From Squalus acanthias (taxonomy: Eukaryota): a stretch of DNA of 64,000 bases. The notes beneath the pieces were generated by a model, which searched no databases, was not told the origin of the DNA, and saw only the letters and a program-made list of their open reading frames with translations. Within the stretch, counting starts at the first letter, position 1, and each line of letters opens with the position of its first letter. This document shows positions 1 to 12,857 of this stretch, piece after piece. The position numbers were made by a program, and so were the translations under genes. The stretch lies in NCBI GenBank assembly GCA_030390025.1, contig CM059431.1, positions 131,876,001 through 131,940,000 on the forward strand, given 5' to 3'.

Positions 1-1845
1 ACAATACATCATGGAACCAACCAGGGAACAGATTATTTTAGATCTTGTAGATCTTGGTTAATTAGTAATCTCATAGTAAAGGATCCTCTGGGGAACAGTG
101 ATCATGATATAGAATTCCACGTTGAGTTTGAGAGTGAAATACTTAAGTCCGAAACGAGAGTCTTAAACTTAAATAAAGCCAATTACATAGGTATGAGGGG
201 TGAGTTGGCTAAGGTAGATTGGGAAATTAGATTTAAAGGTATGACGGTAGTTAAGCAGTAGCAAACATTTAAAGAAATATTCCACAATTCTCAATGAATA
301 TATATTCCATTGAGAAATAAAAAAGCCACGGGAAAAGTGATCCATCCATGGCTAACTAAAGAAGTTAAGGATAGTATTAGATTAAAAGAAGAGGCTTATA
401 ATGTTGCGAAGAATAATACTAAACCTGAGGATTGGGAGAACTTTAGGAACCAGCAAAGTAAGACCAAAAAATTGATAAAAAGGGAGAAAATAGGATATGA
501 GAGTAAACTAGCAAGAAATATAAAAACAGATTGTAAGAGCTTCCACAAGTATGTAAAAAGGAAGAGAGTAGCAAAAGTTGGTCCCTTAGAGGCTGAGACA
601 GGTGAGGTGGCTGCAGAGATAGTGGACGCGCTGGTTGTGATTTTCCAAAATTCTCTAGATTCTGGAACAGTTCCAGCGGATTGGAAGGTAGCAAATGTAA
701 CACCGCTATTCAAGAAAGGAGGGAGAGAGAAAACAGGGAACTACAGGCCAGTTAGCCTGACATCAGTCATCGGGAAAATGCTGGAATCCATTATTAAGGA
801 AGAGGTAACAGGGCACTTAGAAAATCATAATATGATTAGGCAGAGTCAGCATGGTTTTATGAAAGGGAAATCATGTTTAACAAATTTATTAGAGTTTTGT
901 GAGGATGTAACTAGCAGGGTAGATAAAGGGGAACCAGTGGATGTGGTATATTGGGATTTCCAAAAGACATTCGATAAGGTGCCACATAAAAGGTTGTTAC
1001 GCAAGATAAGGGCTCATGGGATTGGGAGTAATATATTAGCATGGATAGAGGATTGGTTAATGGACAGAAAACAGAGAGTAGGAATAAATGGGTCATTTCC
1101 AGTTGGCAGGCTGTAACTAGTGGGGTGCCGCAAGGATCAGTGCTTGGGCCTCAGCTATTTATAATCTATATTAATGACTTAGATGAAGGGACCGAGTGCA
1201 ATGTATCCAAGTTTGCTGATGATACAAAGCTAGGTGGAAAGTAAGCTGTGAGGATGCAAAGAGCCTACAAAGGGGTGTAGACAGGTTAAGTGAGTGGGTA
1301 ATAAGGTGCCAGAACGAGTATAATGTGGGGAAATGTGAGGTTATTCACTTTGGTAGGAAGAATAGAAAAGCAGAATATTTTTTAACTGGTGAGAAACTAT
1401 TGAATGTTGGTGTTCAGGGAGATTTAGATGTCCTCGTACAGGAAACACAGAGTTAGCATGCAGGTATAGCAAGCAATTAGGAAGGCAAATGGCATGTTGG
1501 CCTTCATTGCAAGGAGGCGAGTAAGGAAGTCTTACTGCAATTGTACAGGGCTTTGGTGAGACCACACCTGGAGTACTGTGCACAGTTTTGGTCTCCTTAT
1601 CTAAGGAAGGATATACTTGCCTTGGAGGCGGTGCAAAGAAGGTTCCGTAGATTGATTCCTGGGATGAGAGGGCTGTCCTGTGAGGAGAGATTGTGTAGAA
1701 TGGGCCTATACTCTCTGGAGTTTAGAAGAATGAGAGGTGATCTCATTGAAACATACAAGATTCTGAAGGGGATTGACAGGGTAGATGCTCATTGAAACAT
1801 AAGATTCTGAGGGAGTAGCTGCTAAGAGGTTGTTTCCCCTGGCTG
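1..1845 (+). mobile_element. CR1 (HER1-like) LINE, ORF2 RT fragment, 5' part; frameshifted and internally deleted
   Basis: ORFs 310-1116, 1041-1244 and 1541-1795 carry CR1 RT motifs ([47 protein letters not shown]); deletion near 600 relative to the copy at 23600-23860. Confidence 0.95.
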
Positions 1846-2837
1846 TACAGAGATTGAGTTCGTGAGTTTGATACAGAAGTACTATGTGAGATAATTCTAA
1901 AAATATATAGATTTATTAAAGAACCGACATGTAATTACAGTAGGTGTTTCAATCGCAACATTAACAGTTCCAAATACAGAAATCTTACAATTCTATTATC
2001 AGAGATCCTTATTCTCAAATCTTAACTTTGTTACATTTTTATAGTTCTTAGTTTATTCCAGGATATCCACCAAAATCAAATACAAGTACCTTGATCCCCG
2101 AGATACAAAGAGTTGGAGACTTACAGAGCTTGCCTCTGAAGCTGAGAATTGCTTTGCCCCTTTTAGCGAATCTGTCTTCCCATTTGAAAGTTCAATTTTT
2201 ATACCCTTTTTTCAGTGGTATTTCCTTTGAAGTTTTCTGCTGATGTAAGCTAATTAACTTTAGTCATTTTTCTGTTGACCCCTGCTAATCTTACAATCAG
2301 TTCAGCTGGTAGCAAGCAGACTCGTGTCTCTCCTTTAGGTGTTCAAAGCTTATCATAAAAACAATGTGATGGTTGGTGCATCTATTTGATGTCATTCTTA
2401 CGAAGGTCTTCTGTTTGTATCTTTTGCATTTAGAACACCTCAACCAGTTGCACCATTGTCTTCTTAGTTACCTCAGTTGGTTGCAACACATAATCATGTC
2501 TCCTGTGTTTCATTTGATGTCATTTTTACGAAGGCATATGTTTCTTTAATTTATGTGATTCTTTTCCGAAGTGTTGGTTTAAGACACTTTAACAGGGTAT
2601 ACCATTGTGTTCTTTCCAAGCTTCAGACTTTCAGGAACCATTAACCTTCTGTTTCAACAAGGCTATTGATTCAGTGTCAACAACTTATCTTATCTCAATA
2701 GCCTGTCTGCTGTTTACAGCTTTTCCATTGTTAGGTTTTTAGATTTTCAAGCCCAGTTTGTCATGTTTTAATAAAGTCAAAATTCTTTCATAGGATGGTG
2801 TATTTTTCTGAGTAGGTATATTGCTTATTCCTTCACA
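1846..2837 (-). mobile_element. Solo LTR, copy 1, lacking ~280 bp at the U5 end; inserted in CR1
   Basis: Flanked by GCTG (1842-45, 2838-41); CR1 resumes in register; homologous to 34614-35473; minus-strand TATAAAA (2203-2197) and AATAAA (1917-1912). Confidence 0.8.
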
Positions 2838-3154
2838 GCTGGAGTGTCTAGAACGAGAGGGCATAGTCTCAGGATAACGGGTTGGCCTTTTAAGACTGAG
2901 ATGAGGAGAAATTTCTTCACTCAGAGGGTTGTGAATCTTTGGAATTCTCTATCCCAAAGGGCTGTGGATGCTGAGTCATTAAGTATATTCAAGGCTGAGA
3001 TAGATAGATTTTTGGACTCTCGGGGAATCAAGGGAGATGGGGATCGGACGGGAAAGTGGAGTTGAGGTTGATGATCAGCCATGATCTTATTGAATGGCAG
3101 AGCAGGTTCGAGGGGCCTTATGGCCTACTCATGCTCCTAATTTTTATGTTCTTA
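2838..3154 (+). mobile_element. CR1 LINE 3' end (ORF2 C-terminus and 3' UTR)
   Basis: SRTRGHSL..RRNFFTQRVVNLWNSL; 3' hairpin/tail ggcagagcagg..cctactcatgctcc..tatgttctta. Confidence 0.93.
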
Positions 3155-4394
3155 TTAAAGTGATTAGGCTAACCCTAATGATCTCCATGCTACCTAAACA
3201 TGCATCTGAAGAATGGTTTAAGTGGAGAGACACTGTCAGCCCTGTTGGAGCATAATCCAGCATGATCCTGTGCTTCAAGAGAGGAGCAAATAACATTAGA
3301 TTTTTCTTTAAACTATTCAAAGCAGAGAAATAAGAAAATGATGAATATGATTTTTTTTAAATGTAAAAATGCTGTGGACTGCTATTGCTTTGATAAATAC
3401 TTTTATCACATTGCATGATGGAAAAAGTCCTTTTTGTCATGACTCTATCCCACCCAAAATAATTCTATTCAATGGGCCCGAGGCCATACTTTGGCTGCAG
3501 GTGAGCTTGCTTCAGATTGTCAGATTGATCTACAATGTACAATTCAAACTTTTGTTACATTTTTGACTGATGTGTGAATTATTAATAAACCTGCATTGGG
3601 TGTTTTTTTTTAATTAAACTTTCTGACAAAATTTTGTTTCTGCATAAAAATGATAATTTTGTTTGAGAAGAACATGTTCAAAAACATACCATTTATCACT
3701 TGGTGCCATTCCCTGCAGGGAGCTCACAGCATTTCTGCTATATTGACTTCATCCCACATTCCTGCTTTGTTCCTTCAGGCAGTCCTGTGGTAGAATGTCA
3801 GTGTTTAGCCCAAACTAGAGTTCACTCGAATTCGACACATAGGTAGTCCAATTTTTTTGTGTAAGTTATTTTTAAAATGATCTTCTTCCCTCTCTACTTT
3901 CTTCAATTTCCACATATTCTGGAAGACAGTGCTTTCAGGTCCATACTCTGTAAGCTGCGATGTCTAACACAGGGAACATCCATGGGGAATCAGTCATGTA
4001 ATGTGTTCCCTATGTCAGTAATACTATTACCCTGTCAGACTGCAACACAACACATTGACTGCCCAATGAACTGTGCCATTGCAATGCGTCAGTATCAACT
4101 TTGATTTATATAGCGTCGTTAATCTAGAAAAACATCCCAAAGTGCTTAGCAGAGCATAATAAAACAAAAGGATACTAAGTCGAAGAAGGAGACATTAAGA
4201 ACATAAGAACAGGAGTAGGCCATTTAGCCCATCCACCTACTTACTATGCCACCAATTTTTGTGTCATCGGCAAACTTGGATATATGACTCAGTATAGTTT
4301 TATCTAAGTCATTAACTCCATAGCCACTTGGCTTCGTGGGCTAAAAATTCGGGGGTTTAGCGCTGGCTGTTACCACACGATTTGATGTATCTGA

Positions 4395-4823
4395 GGGTGG
4401 CTGCTCGGAGACAAGGGCTATCCGCTCTGCACCTGACTGATGACTTCCTTCCATAACTCCACCACTCCTGCCCAGCACTCATACAATGATAGCCATGCTG
4501 CCACCAGGAACATCATCGAGCAGACCATTGGGCTACTGAAGCAACGGTTCCGCTGCCTTGGCAGCTCGAGAGGAGCCCTCCAGTACTCAGCGGAGCGGGT
4601 GTCCCATTTCATGGTGGTCTGCTGCATGCTCCACAACTTGGCCATCATGAGGGCCCAGCCCTTGTCACCAGGGATTGCGAGACCACCTCAGGAGGAGGAC
4701 GAGGGAGAGGAGGAGCAGAAGAAGAGAAGGGAGAAGGACGAGGAGGAAGGGAGGAGGCAGGCAGCAAATTCCCCTTCGGCAAGGGCTGTCCATGAACACC
4801 TCATCAGACTCCGATTCCAGTGA
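4395..4823 (+). pseudogene. Harbinger (HARBI1-like) DDE transposase, C-terminal remnant
   Basis: WLLGDKGYPL upstream of ORF 4440-4823; YNDSHAATRNIIEQTIGLLKQRFRCL, CCMLHNLAI, acidic tail. Confidence 0.92.
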
Positions 4824-5029
4824 ATGAAACCCCAGATCTCCGTTGCTCACCACATCCTCATCATAGCATCCCTGTGTCACGGAATATCATAGCATCCTCC
4901 TGGGCACAAAGCTGAAAAGAGAGTCACCACAAAACAAAGATTCCAAACAAAATTATTAATTTTATCAACAACCAATTCACACATACTGTATCAACTAATC
5001 AACCTTGTGCAATCCCTTTGTGCCTGTCA

Positions 5030-6891
5030 TTCGGGTGCCCTTTCCTGCTCTAGTGTTCTTACAAAGTGCTCCCCTCGTGGCTGCAGCATGGTTGGTGGAA
5101 GGCTGCTGAGTTTCCGTGGGGGGAAGACTTTAGATGGCTTTGCAGGACGTCCTCGACCAGCTCTGGGCCTGGAAGGCCCAGCTGTAGACTGCACCACCTC
5201 GGCATGGGCGGCAGCAGTCTGGGCTGGCTGGCTAACAGGCAGCGGCAAGGGCAATGGCGGAGGAGCAGTGGTGGAAGTAGGAATGCTGTCATCCTGAGAG
5301 AGGACCGCAGGGTCCTGCTGCACTGGCCCACTGCCACTCCTCTGGGGCAGCGCCTCAGCATTCCTAGCAATCTGGTGGATTGCTGGCCTGCTGCAACACC
5401 CTGCAAGCCCCGGTCGACAGTGGTAAACCCAGCCACGATGGCAGCAGTCTCAGCTTGGGTGGCAGCAAGCTGTGACTGCAGGAGAACAGTCTGATCTTGC
5501 GTGGCAGCGCTAAGATGTTGGGTCGCTTCTGCCTGTGCTGCAGTGACAGCTGTGACATCACACGCAGCATAATGTCTGGGTCGACACGGTCTCTACGGGA
5601 GTTTTCCATCATTTCCAGCTCCAAGCTCTGCGCAAAGCCCTGGCCAATGTTGGAGGCGGACTCCTCCATGTTGTTTGACTTTGCCAAGAGGCTCTCTGGC
5701 AGGCTTGCCATTGCACCTAGCAATTCGGTGTGCATGCCCATCACCCTTTTTCTGAAGGCCGCCCCATCGAGGTCCTCATCTGAGTCGTGTGCAGCAGAAC
5801 TCACACGCAAACTTGCCCTCCGGGGAGCTGGCTCCCGAGCTACCCTAACTACCTGGCCTTGCTGCAGCCCACTCATGCCCGATGCCGCACCCTGTGCCGT
5901 TCCGCATCTACACTACCCTCTAAATTACACGCAGTGCTGGTTTCCCGAGCTGGTGTCTGAGAGTGTCAGATGCAGTGATGCTGTGTCTTCTTCTTCTCCT
6001 TTCTCGCTCTCCTCCATCGCCTCGAGGACAGACTGGGCTACTGCTTGTTCCTGATTATCTGAAAGCAGAAAGGCACAAGAGTTGGGATATGGTGAGGGAA
6101 GGTGGCGGGGAAGGCAAGATTTGCATGCGAACAGCAGCTTGTAAGTGAGAAGAGATTGTGGGGTGAGGGGGAAGTGAGATGTGAGAAGGATTAGGAATGA
6201 GCATACCGCTGTTGTCCCCAAGGGCTTCAATCTCACCCGTTGCCAAGGCCTCCCTGACTTCCCGTCCAATGATGTCGAGCACTCGCTCCTCCAGTTGTCT
6301 CAGTATGGCAGCTTGCCCCCCACCTGTCTGCCGCAGCTCCTGGCGATTATGCGTGTCCTTTGCCTGCAAGAGAAAGGGAAGTGTGTGTGTGAGTGTGGTG
6401 CAATGTGTTTGGGTGATGTGCCTGCCATTGTTGAATAGCTGTCAGTGTGTGCAAGGTGTGAGATGTGGGTGAGAGTGTTGCAGCAGTGGTAAGGTTGTGA
6501 GAGTGAGGTGAAGCTATGATTGTGAGGTCTGAGTGGTGATAGGTGGAGATTGTTGGTAGGTGAGTGCTGGGGGTGTGGTGCATTGAGCAGTGCGTGAGGC
6601 TTGTGGTGCACATGGTGGGATATGGCATTTGATGAAGCCTTCGCTCACCTTGACCTGCCATGTGAGGTTATTAAACTTCTTGCAGCATTGGATGGAGGAC
6701 CTGGGGACCACACTGGTGGCCGTCACATAATCGGATATCTCCCGCCACAGCCTTCTGGATGTATGGGCCAATGGCTTCCTGCCGGCTTGCAGGAAGAGGA
6801 CAGCCCGCCTCCTCTCCACGGCCAATAACAGTGACTACCGCTACGCATCTGAGAATCTTCTTACTCTCTGCCTGTGCTGAGGCTCAGCCAT
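5030..6891 (-). pseudogene. Harbinger Myb/SANT-like partner gene, 3 exons (6891-6649, 6363-6207, 6058-~5030)
   Basis: RRFSDA..LWREI..RSSIQCCKKFNNL; GT/AG introns; exon 2 HNRQELRQTGGG; two in-frame TAG stops in exon 1. Confidence 0.85.
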
Positions 6892-8043
6892 CTTTTTGTA
6901 GTAGTGTCTGCATCCAAGAGGAGTTTCACGTGGAATGACAATGAGGTGCTGTTTCATCAATGTACCTCCCCTTTAAGTACTGAATAAAGCCGAGTCCAAA
7001 CGTGACTGGGAATTAGACTGCACCCGATATTGGCCCACCTGTTGCGCGGTAAGCCAATGAGCCCCGATTTTAGCGCTGAGATCAGCACTATAATCATGTT
7101 AATGAGGACTAAGCACGAATTTTGCATGCTACCTAGACCGGTTTGCCCTGGCGCAGCTTAATAGTGCTGGGCCATGATACCGCCCGTTTTCAGGCCATAT
7201 CCAATTTCTAGGCGCTTGACTAACAAAAATCTACCGATCTCAGATTTAAAATTATTAATTGTGCTAGCATCTATTGTTTTTTGTGGGAGAGAGTTCCACA
7301 CTTCTACCACCCTTTCTGTGAAGAATGGCATGGCTCTAATTTTAAGGTTATGTCCTCTTGTTCTAGACTCCCTACCAGCAGAAAAAGTTTCTCTCTATCT
7401 ACACTATCAATTCCTTTCAAAATCCTAAAAACCTCAATCAAACCTTCTATATTCAAGGGAATACAAGTCTAGTTTATGTAATCTCCCCATATAATTTAAC
7501 CCAAGGAGCCCTGGTAACGTTCTGGTGAATCTGTGCTACACTCCTTCCAAGGACAATATGGGGGAGAAATTGGGTGCCTTTGCGCCTCCCGTTAGCACCT
7601 CCGGGGGCGCTAACACCGACATAGCGACCGGGCATGCGATAGTACCGACGCCCATGAAATTGAAGTGGAGGGCTGCAGCGGCGGTACCCACTAGCACCAC
7701 GCTCTCCTGCGGCCAGAGATCGTGACATCATCCGGCTACGCAGCACCCCGGTCGCGCCCCGGCTCAGAAATTCACTCTCGCCCCCTGCCTGAGCGCCTGC
7801 CGTTAGCAACGACAGGTACAGGAGGTGGTTTGCAGTCGGATGAGGGCTGGAGGAGCGCTATATAAAGGCGTCAACATCCGGTTTATTTTTAGTCGGCAAA
7901 GACTGCTGCCTTGTCAGTTTGACATAGACAAACAGGCATTTTGAGTGATTTCAGCGTTTTTCAGGTGAAGGAGTCTTCTGGCTCAGAAAAATTGTTCACT
8001 TTCATTTAGGTGAGATTTGAAAGTGCAACATTTCCATACTTCA

Positions 8044-9417
8044 ATGGGGGCTGTACTGGCACTGAACCTCGCACTCCAGCGTCAACATCAGAGGCAGCAG
8101 CGGCAGAGAGAGAGATTGCAAAATGTGGCCAGAGGGAGGACGGCCAACAGGGCTCTCAACAGGAGGCCTTACCCTCCCAGGGTATTCCGGCAGCATTTCT
8201 CCTACATCAATTTCACTGAGGAGCAGTGTGTTAGAAGGCTCCGCTTCACCAAGGACGTGATCACAGAGCTCTGCCACCTCCTGCAGCCAGACCTCGAGCC
8301 TCACATCAAGAGCACCATGGCTCTCTCAGTGGCAGTCAAGGTCACCGTTGCCCTCAATTTCTACGCCAGCAGATCCTTCCAGTGTGCAACAGGAGATATA
8401 GCGAATATCTCGCAGTTCGCCGTCCATTGCTGCATCCACGAGGTCACAGATGTTCTCTACAGAAGGAGAAGGGACTACTTTTTCTTCCCCATGGCCAGAG
8501 AGAAGCAGCACCAGCAAGCATGTGGCTTTGCCAGGATAGCGGGCTTCCCTATAGTGCGGGGCGCCATTGACTGCACTACGTCGCTCTGTGGGCACCCCGT
8601 AACAATCCTGAGGTATTCTGTAACCGCAAAGGCTACCACTCACTTAATGTGCAGTTGGTGTGCGACCACACACAGTGACGTAATAAAGACTCACTACGCA
8701 CTTGAACATAAAGCAAGGCTTTAATCAACTTGTAACAAAACATGGAGGTCTAGTTAGCAGTCACTAGCTTCCTGTTTCCAGATTGTCTCTGCCCAAGGTG
8801 GGCCCATGCCTGAGTATTTATACTCCCTGGACGGCGCCCCAGCTGGCCGCCCAGTAGTACTTCCTGAGTTGTTACTTGCGATTTATGACACACAGCAAAT
8901 CCTCACCGTCAATGCCCGCGATCCTGGCAGCAGCCACGATGCCTTCATCCTATTCCAGCCACCACATCAAGCTCGCAGTTGGCTGCTGGGAGACAAGGGC
9001 TATACGCTCCCCACCTGGCTCATGACTCCACTCCGCAACCCCAACACTCGTGCCCAGCACTCCTATAATGAGAGCCATGCTGCCACCAGGAACATCATTG
9101 AGCAGACCATCGGAGTGCTCAAGCAACGGTTCCGCTGTCTTGACCGCTCGGGAGGAGCCCTCCAGTCCTTGGCTGAGTGGGTGTCCCTTTTTGTTGTCGT
9201 CTGCTGCATGCTGCACAACTTAGCCATCATGAGGGCGCAGCCATTGTCATCAGGCATAGCCACACCACCTCAGGAAGAGGAAGAGGGAGACGAGGATGAG
9301 CAGGAGGAGGAGGAGGAGGAACAGGAGCACTAACATCAGCGACGGAGGAGGCTGCCACTCAATCAGCCTTGTGGAAGGGTGGTCAGTGACCCCCTCATCG
9401 GACTTCGGTTCCAATGA
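8044..9417 (+). pseudogene. Harbinger (HARBI1-like) transposase; frameshifted and interrupted by a solo LTR
   Basis: RRPYPPRVFR, LRFTK, VAVKVTVALNFYA, GAIDCT, PGSSHD, LLGDKGY, IEQTIGVLKQRF; TATA-like CTATATAAAG at ~7858-7867. Confidence 0.93.
8676..8890 (-). mobile_element. 215-bp solo LTR
   Basis: TG...CA ends with imperfect IR (tgacgtaa/ttatgaca); 5-bp TSD CACAG (8671-75, 8891-95); minus-strand TATAAAT and ATTAAA. Confidence 0.85.
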
Positions 9418-9655
9418 ATTGGAGGCCACTTCCCAGTTGCTCAGCACGTCCCCATCATTCCATCAATTTCTCATTCCATACCACACCCCAAAGCTGAAAT
9501 GAAACACAGCCCCAAATCTGCAACATTCCAATAATAAATTTATCCAAATTCAGCAACCACATATATACAACAACAATATTAACTAATCACCTTTGTGAAA
9601 ACCCTTACTTCCCCTCTTTACAGTGCATTTTCCTAATCTACTGCTCCTACATAGT

Positions 9656-10401
9656 GGCCCAGAAATTAAACACGGAGCGTTCCTGCGGGGGTAAGGCTTC
9701 CCCGCGATATCTCACTGCGCGCCTACCTTTTCCCTCCAGGTTTTCACACGAACTTTAGTTTCAAGGCTGCAGCTGTGCAGTGCTTGCGTGAGCCAGAGAC
9801 GCAGTTAGTTCGTGCGAGCTCTGGGATCACGTGATTCAGTTAGAGCCAATGGCAGCACACCATCTTTCATTCATAGTTTTGACAGGAAGACCTGTCAAAG
9901 CTATGAATCTATACCCCCCCAAAAGAACAGCTAAACCTCAATTAAATTTAAAAAAAAAGCCATTACATTAATAAAATAAGTATAGTTAAATAAATTAACC
10001 ACTTTAAACAAAAAATTAAATTTTTGAAAAAATTTTAAATCTTTTTAAAAGTTATAAAAATAAACTTACCTTTCTTTAAAGTCTCTAAAAAAGATAAACC
10101 TGTTGAAAAAAATTTAAAATAATACTTAATTAACTACTTACCTTGTTAAAAGAGGGTCTTACGCCTCCTTTCTTTATGTGCAAAATCTTCCATGCTTACC
10201 TGCGCGTTCAAAGCACTAAGTGCACTGCGTGCGCGCAGCCTGTAGCGCACAGGCGGTTCACTTAGGAACCGCCCCCTTTTGAGTTCACGAAGTGCCGGTT
10301 TCCCGCGCATGCGCAGTGCATGCTGGAAACCGGCAATTGGAGGCCTAAAACGCGAGAGTACACAGTGCATACTCTCGCGTATTAGGTCTAATTTTCGGGC
10401 C
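9656..10401 (-). mobile_element. Non-autonomous Harbinger-type MITE with AT-rich core
   Basis: TIR ggcccagaaatta / taattttcgggcc; 3-bp TSD AGT; inverted homolog at 32560-33284. Confidence 0.9.
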
Positions 10402-12538
10402 AGTGTCTCCCCAGTGGCTGCAGCAGGGCTGGTGGAAGGCTGCTGAGTGTCAGTGCCAGAGACTACAGATGACCTTGCAGGACGCCCTCGACCAGCTCTG
10501 GGCCTGGAAGGCCCAGCTGTACTCTGCGCCACCTCAGGATGGGCAGGCGGCAGTCTGGGCTGGCTGGATGACAGGCAGCGACAAATGCAATGGTGGAGTG
10601 GCAGTGGTGGGATCAGGAATGCTGTCATCCTGAGAGAGAACAGCAGGTTCCTGCTCCACTGACCCACTGCCACTCCCCCGGGGCAGCACCTCAGCATCCT
10701 TACCAATCTGCTGGAGCACAGATTGGTGGGCTGCTGCGACGCCATGAGAGCCCCGGTGGACTGTGGTGGACCCAGCGATGATGGCAGCAGTCAGAGGTTG
10801 CAAGCTGAGACTACATGGAGCAGTCTGAGACTCGATGCCACCAACCATTGCCTGCATTACAGCACTAAGACGTTGCGTCGCTTCCGCCTGTGCTGCAATG
10901 GAAGTTGCCACATCGCCCATGACACACGTCATGAGGTCTGGATCCGCACGGTCTCTCTGGGAGTCCACCATCCTCTGTAGAGTGGAAGTGATGGGCTCCA
11001 TGGTGTGCGCAGAGCTCTGTGCGATGTTGGAGGTGGACTCCTCCACGCTCCTTACCATTGCCAAGAGGCTCTCGGGCACCCTTGCCATTGCATCTATCAC
11101 CTCTCAGTGCATGGCCATCACCCTTCTTGTGCACACCTCCCTATCGAGGTCCTCATCTGATGCAGCAGAAGTTGCGTGCGCACTCACCCTCCGGGGAGCT
11201 GGCTCCCAAGCTATTCTTTCCCCCCTGGCCTTGCTGCAGCCCGCTCGTCCCTGGTGCATCACCCTGTGCAGACCCCTCTACTAAACTTGCCTCTAAAGAT
11301 CACGTAGTGCCAGTATCTGAGGTGGTGCCTGTGGGTGAGAGATGCAGTGACGCGGTGTTTTGCTCCTCCTCCTCTTCTCCTTCCTCACTCTCAGTGGGAG
11401 ACTCAGGGACAGGCTGGTCATCTGATTGCTGATTCTCTGAAAGCATAAAGGCACAAGACTCGCATTAAAGTGCGGGAAGGGGGGCAGGAAGGGAGCAAGG
11501 AATGCAGACAGTATCAGGAGCTGGAAAGTGGGAAAGGCTTGTGGTGTGAGGGGGAAGTAGGATAAGAGAAGGAATGGGGATGAACGTATCGTTTTTGCCC
11601 CCAAGGGGGTCGACGTTGCCAACAGCCATGCCTCCCACCACCTGCTGCCCAATGAGTCGCAGCACTCGCTCCTCCAGGTCTGAGAGCTGCTGGAGCGGCA
11701 CATCACCCCCGCCTGTTCTCTGCTGCTCCCTCCTATTGTGAGCCATGTCGGCCTGCAAGAGAAACGAATGTGTGTGAGTCAGAGTCCAGCAATGAATGTG
11801 TGTGAGTCAGAGTCCAGCTATGAATGTGTATGAGTCAGAGTCCAGCTATGAATGTGTATGAGTCAGAGTCCAGCTATGAATGTGTATGAGTCAGAGTCCA
11901 GCTATGAATGTGTGTGAGTCAGAGTTCAGCTATGAATGTGTGTGAGTCAGAGTTCAGCTATGAATGTGTGTGAGTCAGAGTCCAGCTATGAATGTGTATG
12001 AGTCAGAGTCCAGCTATGAATGTGTGTGAGTCAGAGTTCAGCTATGAATGTGTGTGAGTCAGAGTCCAGCTATGAATGTGTGTGAGTCAGAGTCCAGCTA
12101 TGAATGTGTGTGAGTCAGAGTCCAGCTATGTGTTTGGGAGATATGCCTGCCGTAGTTGAATAGCTGTGATTGTAGGCAAGGCATGAGATGTGGATGTGAG
12201 TTTGAGTAGGTGCAGATACATGGTGGGGGTGTGGTGGTTTGTGCAGTGTGTACAGACTGAGGTTCAGATGCTGGTATGTAGGACCTGTTGAAGCATGTAT
12301 TCACCTTGACCACCCGAGTGAGGTCATTGAATTTCTTCCGGCACTGTGTCAGGCTGCGTACGGCCACACTACTGGCCGAGACCTCCTGGGCCACTTCCCT
12401 CCACATTGCCCTAAATACCTGGGGCAATGGCCTCCTTCCAGTGTCCGGGAACAGCACTGCCCTCCTTTGCTCCACTCCCACGACCAATGCCTCATCCTTG
12501 AAGTGACGGGCTCTCTCCCTGGGAGTGGGATCAGCCAT
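10402..12538 (-). pseudogene. Harbinger Myb/SANT-like partner gene, copy B, 3 exons (12538-12305, 11752-~11590, ~11435 onward)
   Basis: Exon 1 MADPTPRERARHFKDE..MWREVA..RSLTQCRKKFNDLTRVVK|gtgaat; ttgcag|ADMAHNRREQQRTGGG; intron-2 donor appears mutated (G|atacgt). Confidence 0.87.
11766..12129. repeat. Minisatellite, 13 x 28 bp (GAATGTGTRTGAGTCAGAGTYCAGCTAT)
   Basis: Period of 28 read directly from the sequence; unit starts at 11766, 11794, 11822 ... 12102. Confidence 0.97.
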
Positions 12539-12857
12539 CACGATCAGGGGATTGAGTTCCTTGCAGGTCGCATTCACAACCAGCAACGCTGATAATGAGG
12601 ATCTGCACAAAGATGCAACCTCCCCTTTAAGAGCTGGAAGGGGCCAGTGTGAAGGATCATTCCCGATTGCACAGCACCTGAAATTCATTATCGCTATCTG
12701 CTGGTAGCGCCCCTGTAGCGCCCTGCTTAGTCATTAGTGCTTGATTTAGTGCTCCAGCTCTTTCCAGGAGATGACTCTAGATCAGGTGTAAATGGCGATG
12801 GCAGAATCATCAACAGCTACCATGTGAGAAAAAAAGAAAAAAAAATAGGGGCAGAGG

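Larger units (their letters stand above)
4338..7213. mobile_element. PIF/Harbinger transposon copy A, internally deleted
   Basis: Imperfect termini gggctaaaaattcg / caatttctaggc; transposase C-terminal part on + and Myb/SANT gene on -. Confidence 0.85.
4197..7556 (-). mobile_element. Degraded CR1 3' fragment (4197-4337 and 7214-7556), split by Harbinger copy A
   Basis: Reverse-complement CR1 tail aagaacataagaacaggagtaggcc at ~4197; CR1 3' ORF2 sequence resumes after 7213. Confidence 0.7.
7560..12760. mobile_element. PIF/Harbinger transposon copy B, near full length; right terminus not found
   Basis: Left end gggggagaaatt plus subterminal hairpin matches the MITE ends at 40110 and 41651; convergent transposase and Myb genes. 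Confidence 0.9.

Noticed and set aside
5007..6472. Plus-strand ORFs 5007-6472, also 10403-11432 and 51373-52234
   Set aside because: Antisense shadows of the minus-strand Myb gene exons
8044..9417. Host domesticated HARBI1 gene
   Set aside because: Multicopy, frameshifted, next to a TE terminus and paired with a Myb partner; it is a transposon copy, so no gene symbol is given
11766..12129. CRISPR-like array
   Set aside because: Head-to-tail 28-bp units with no unique spacers, in a eukaryotic context with no cas genes
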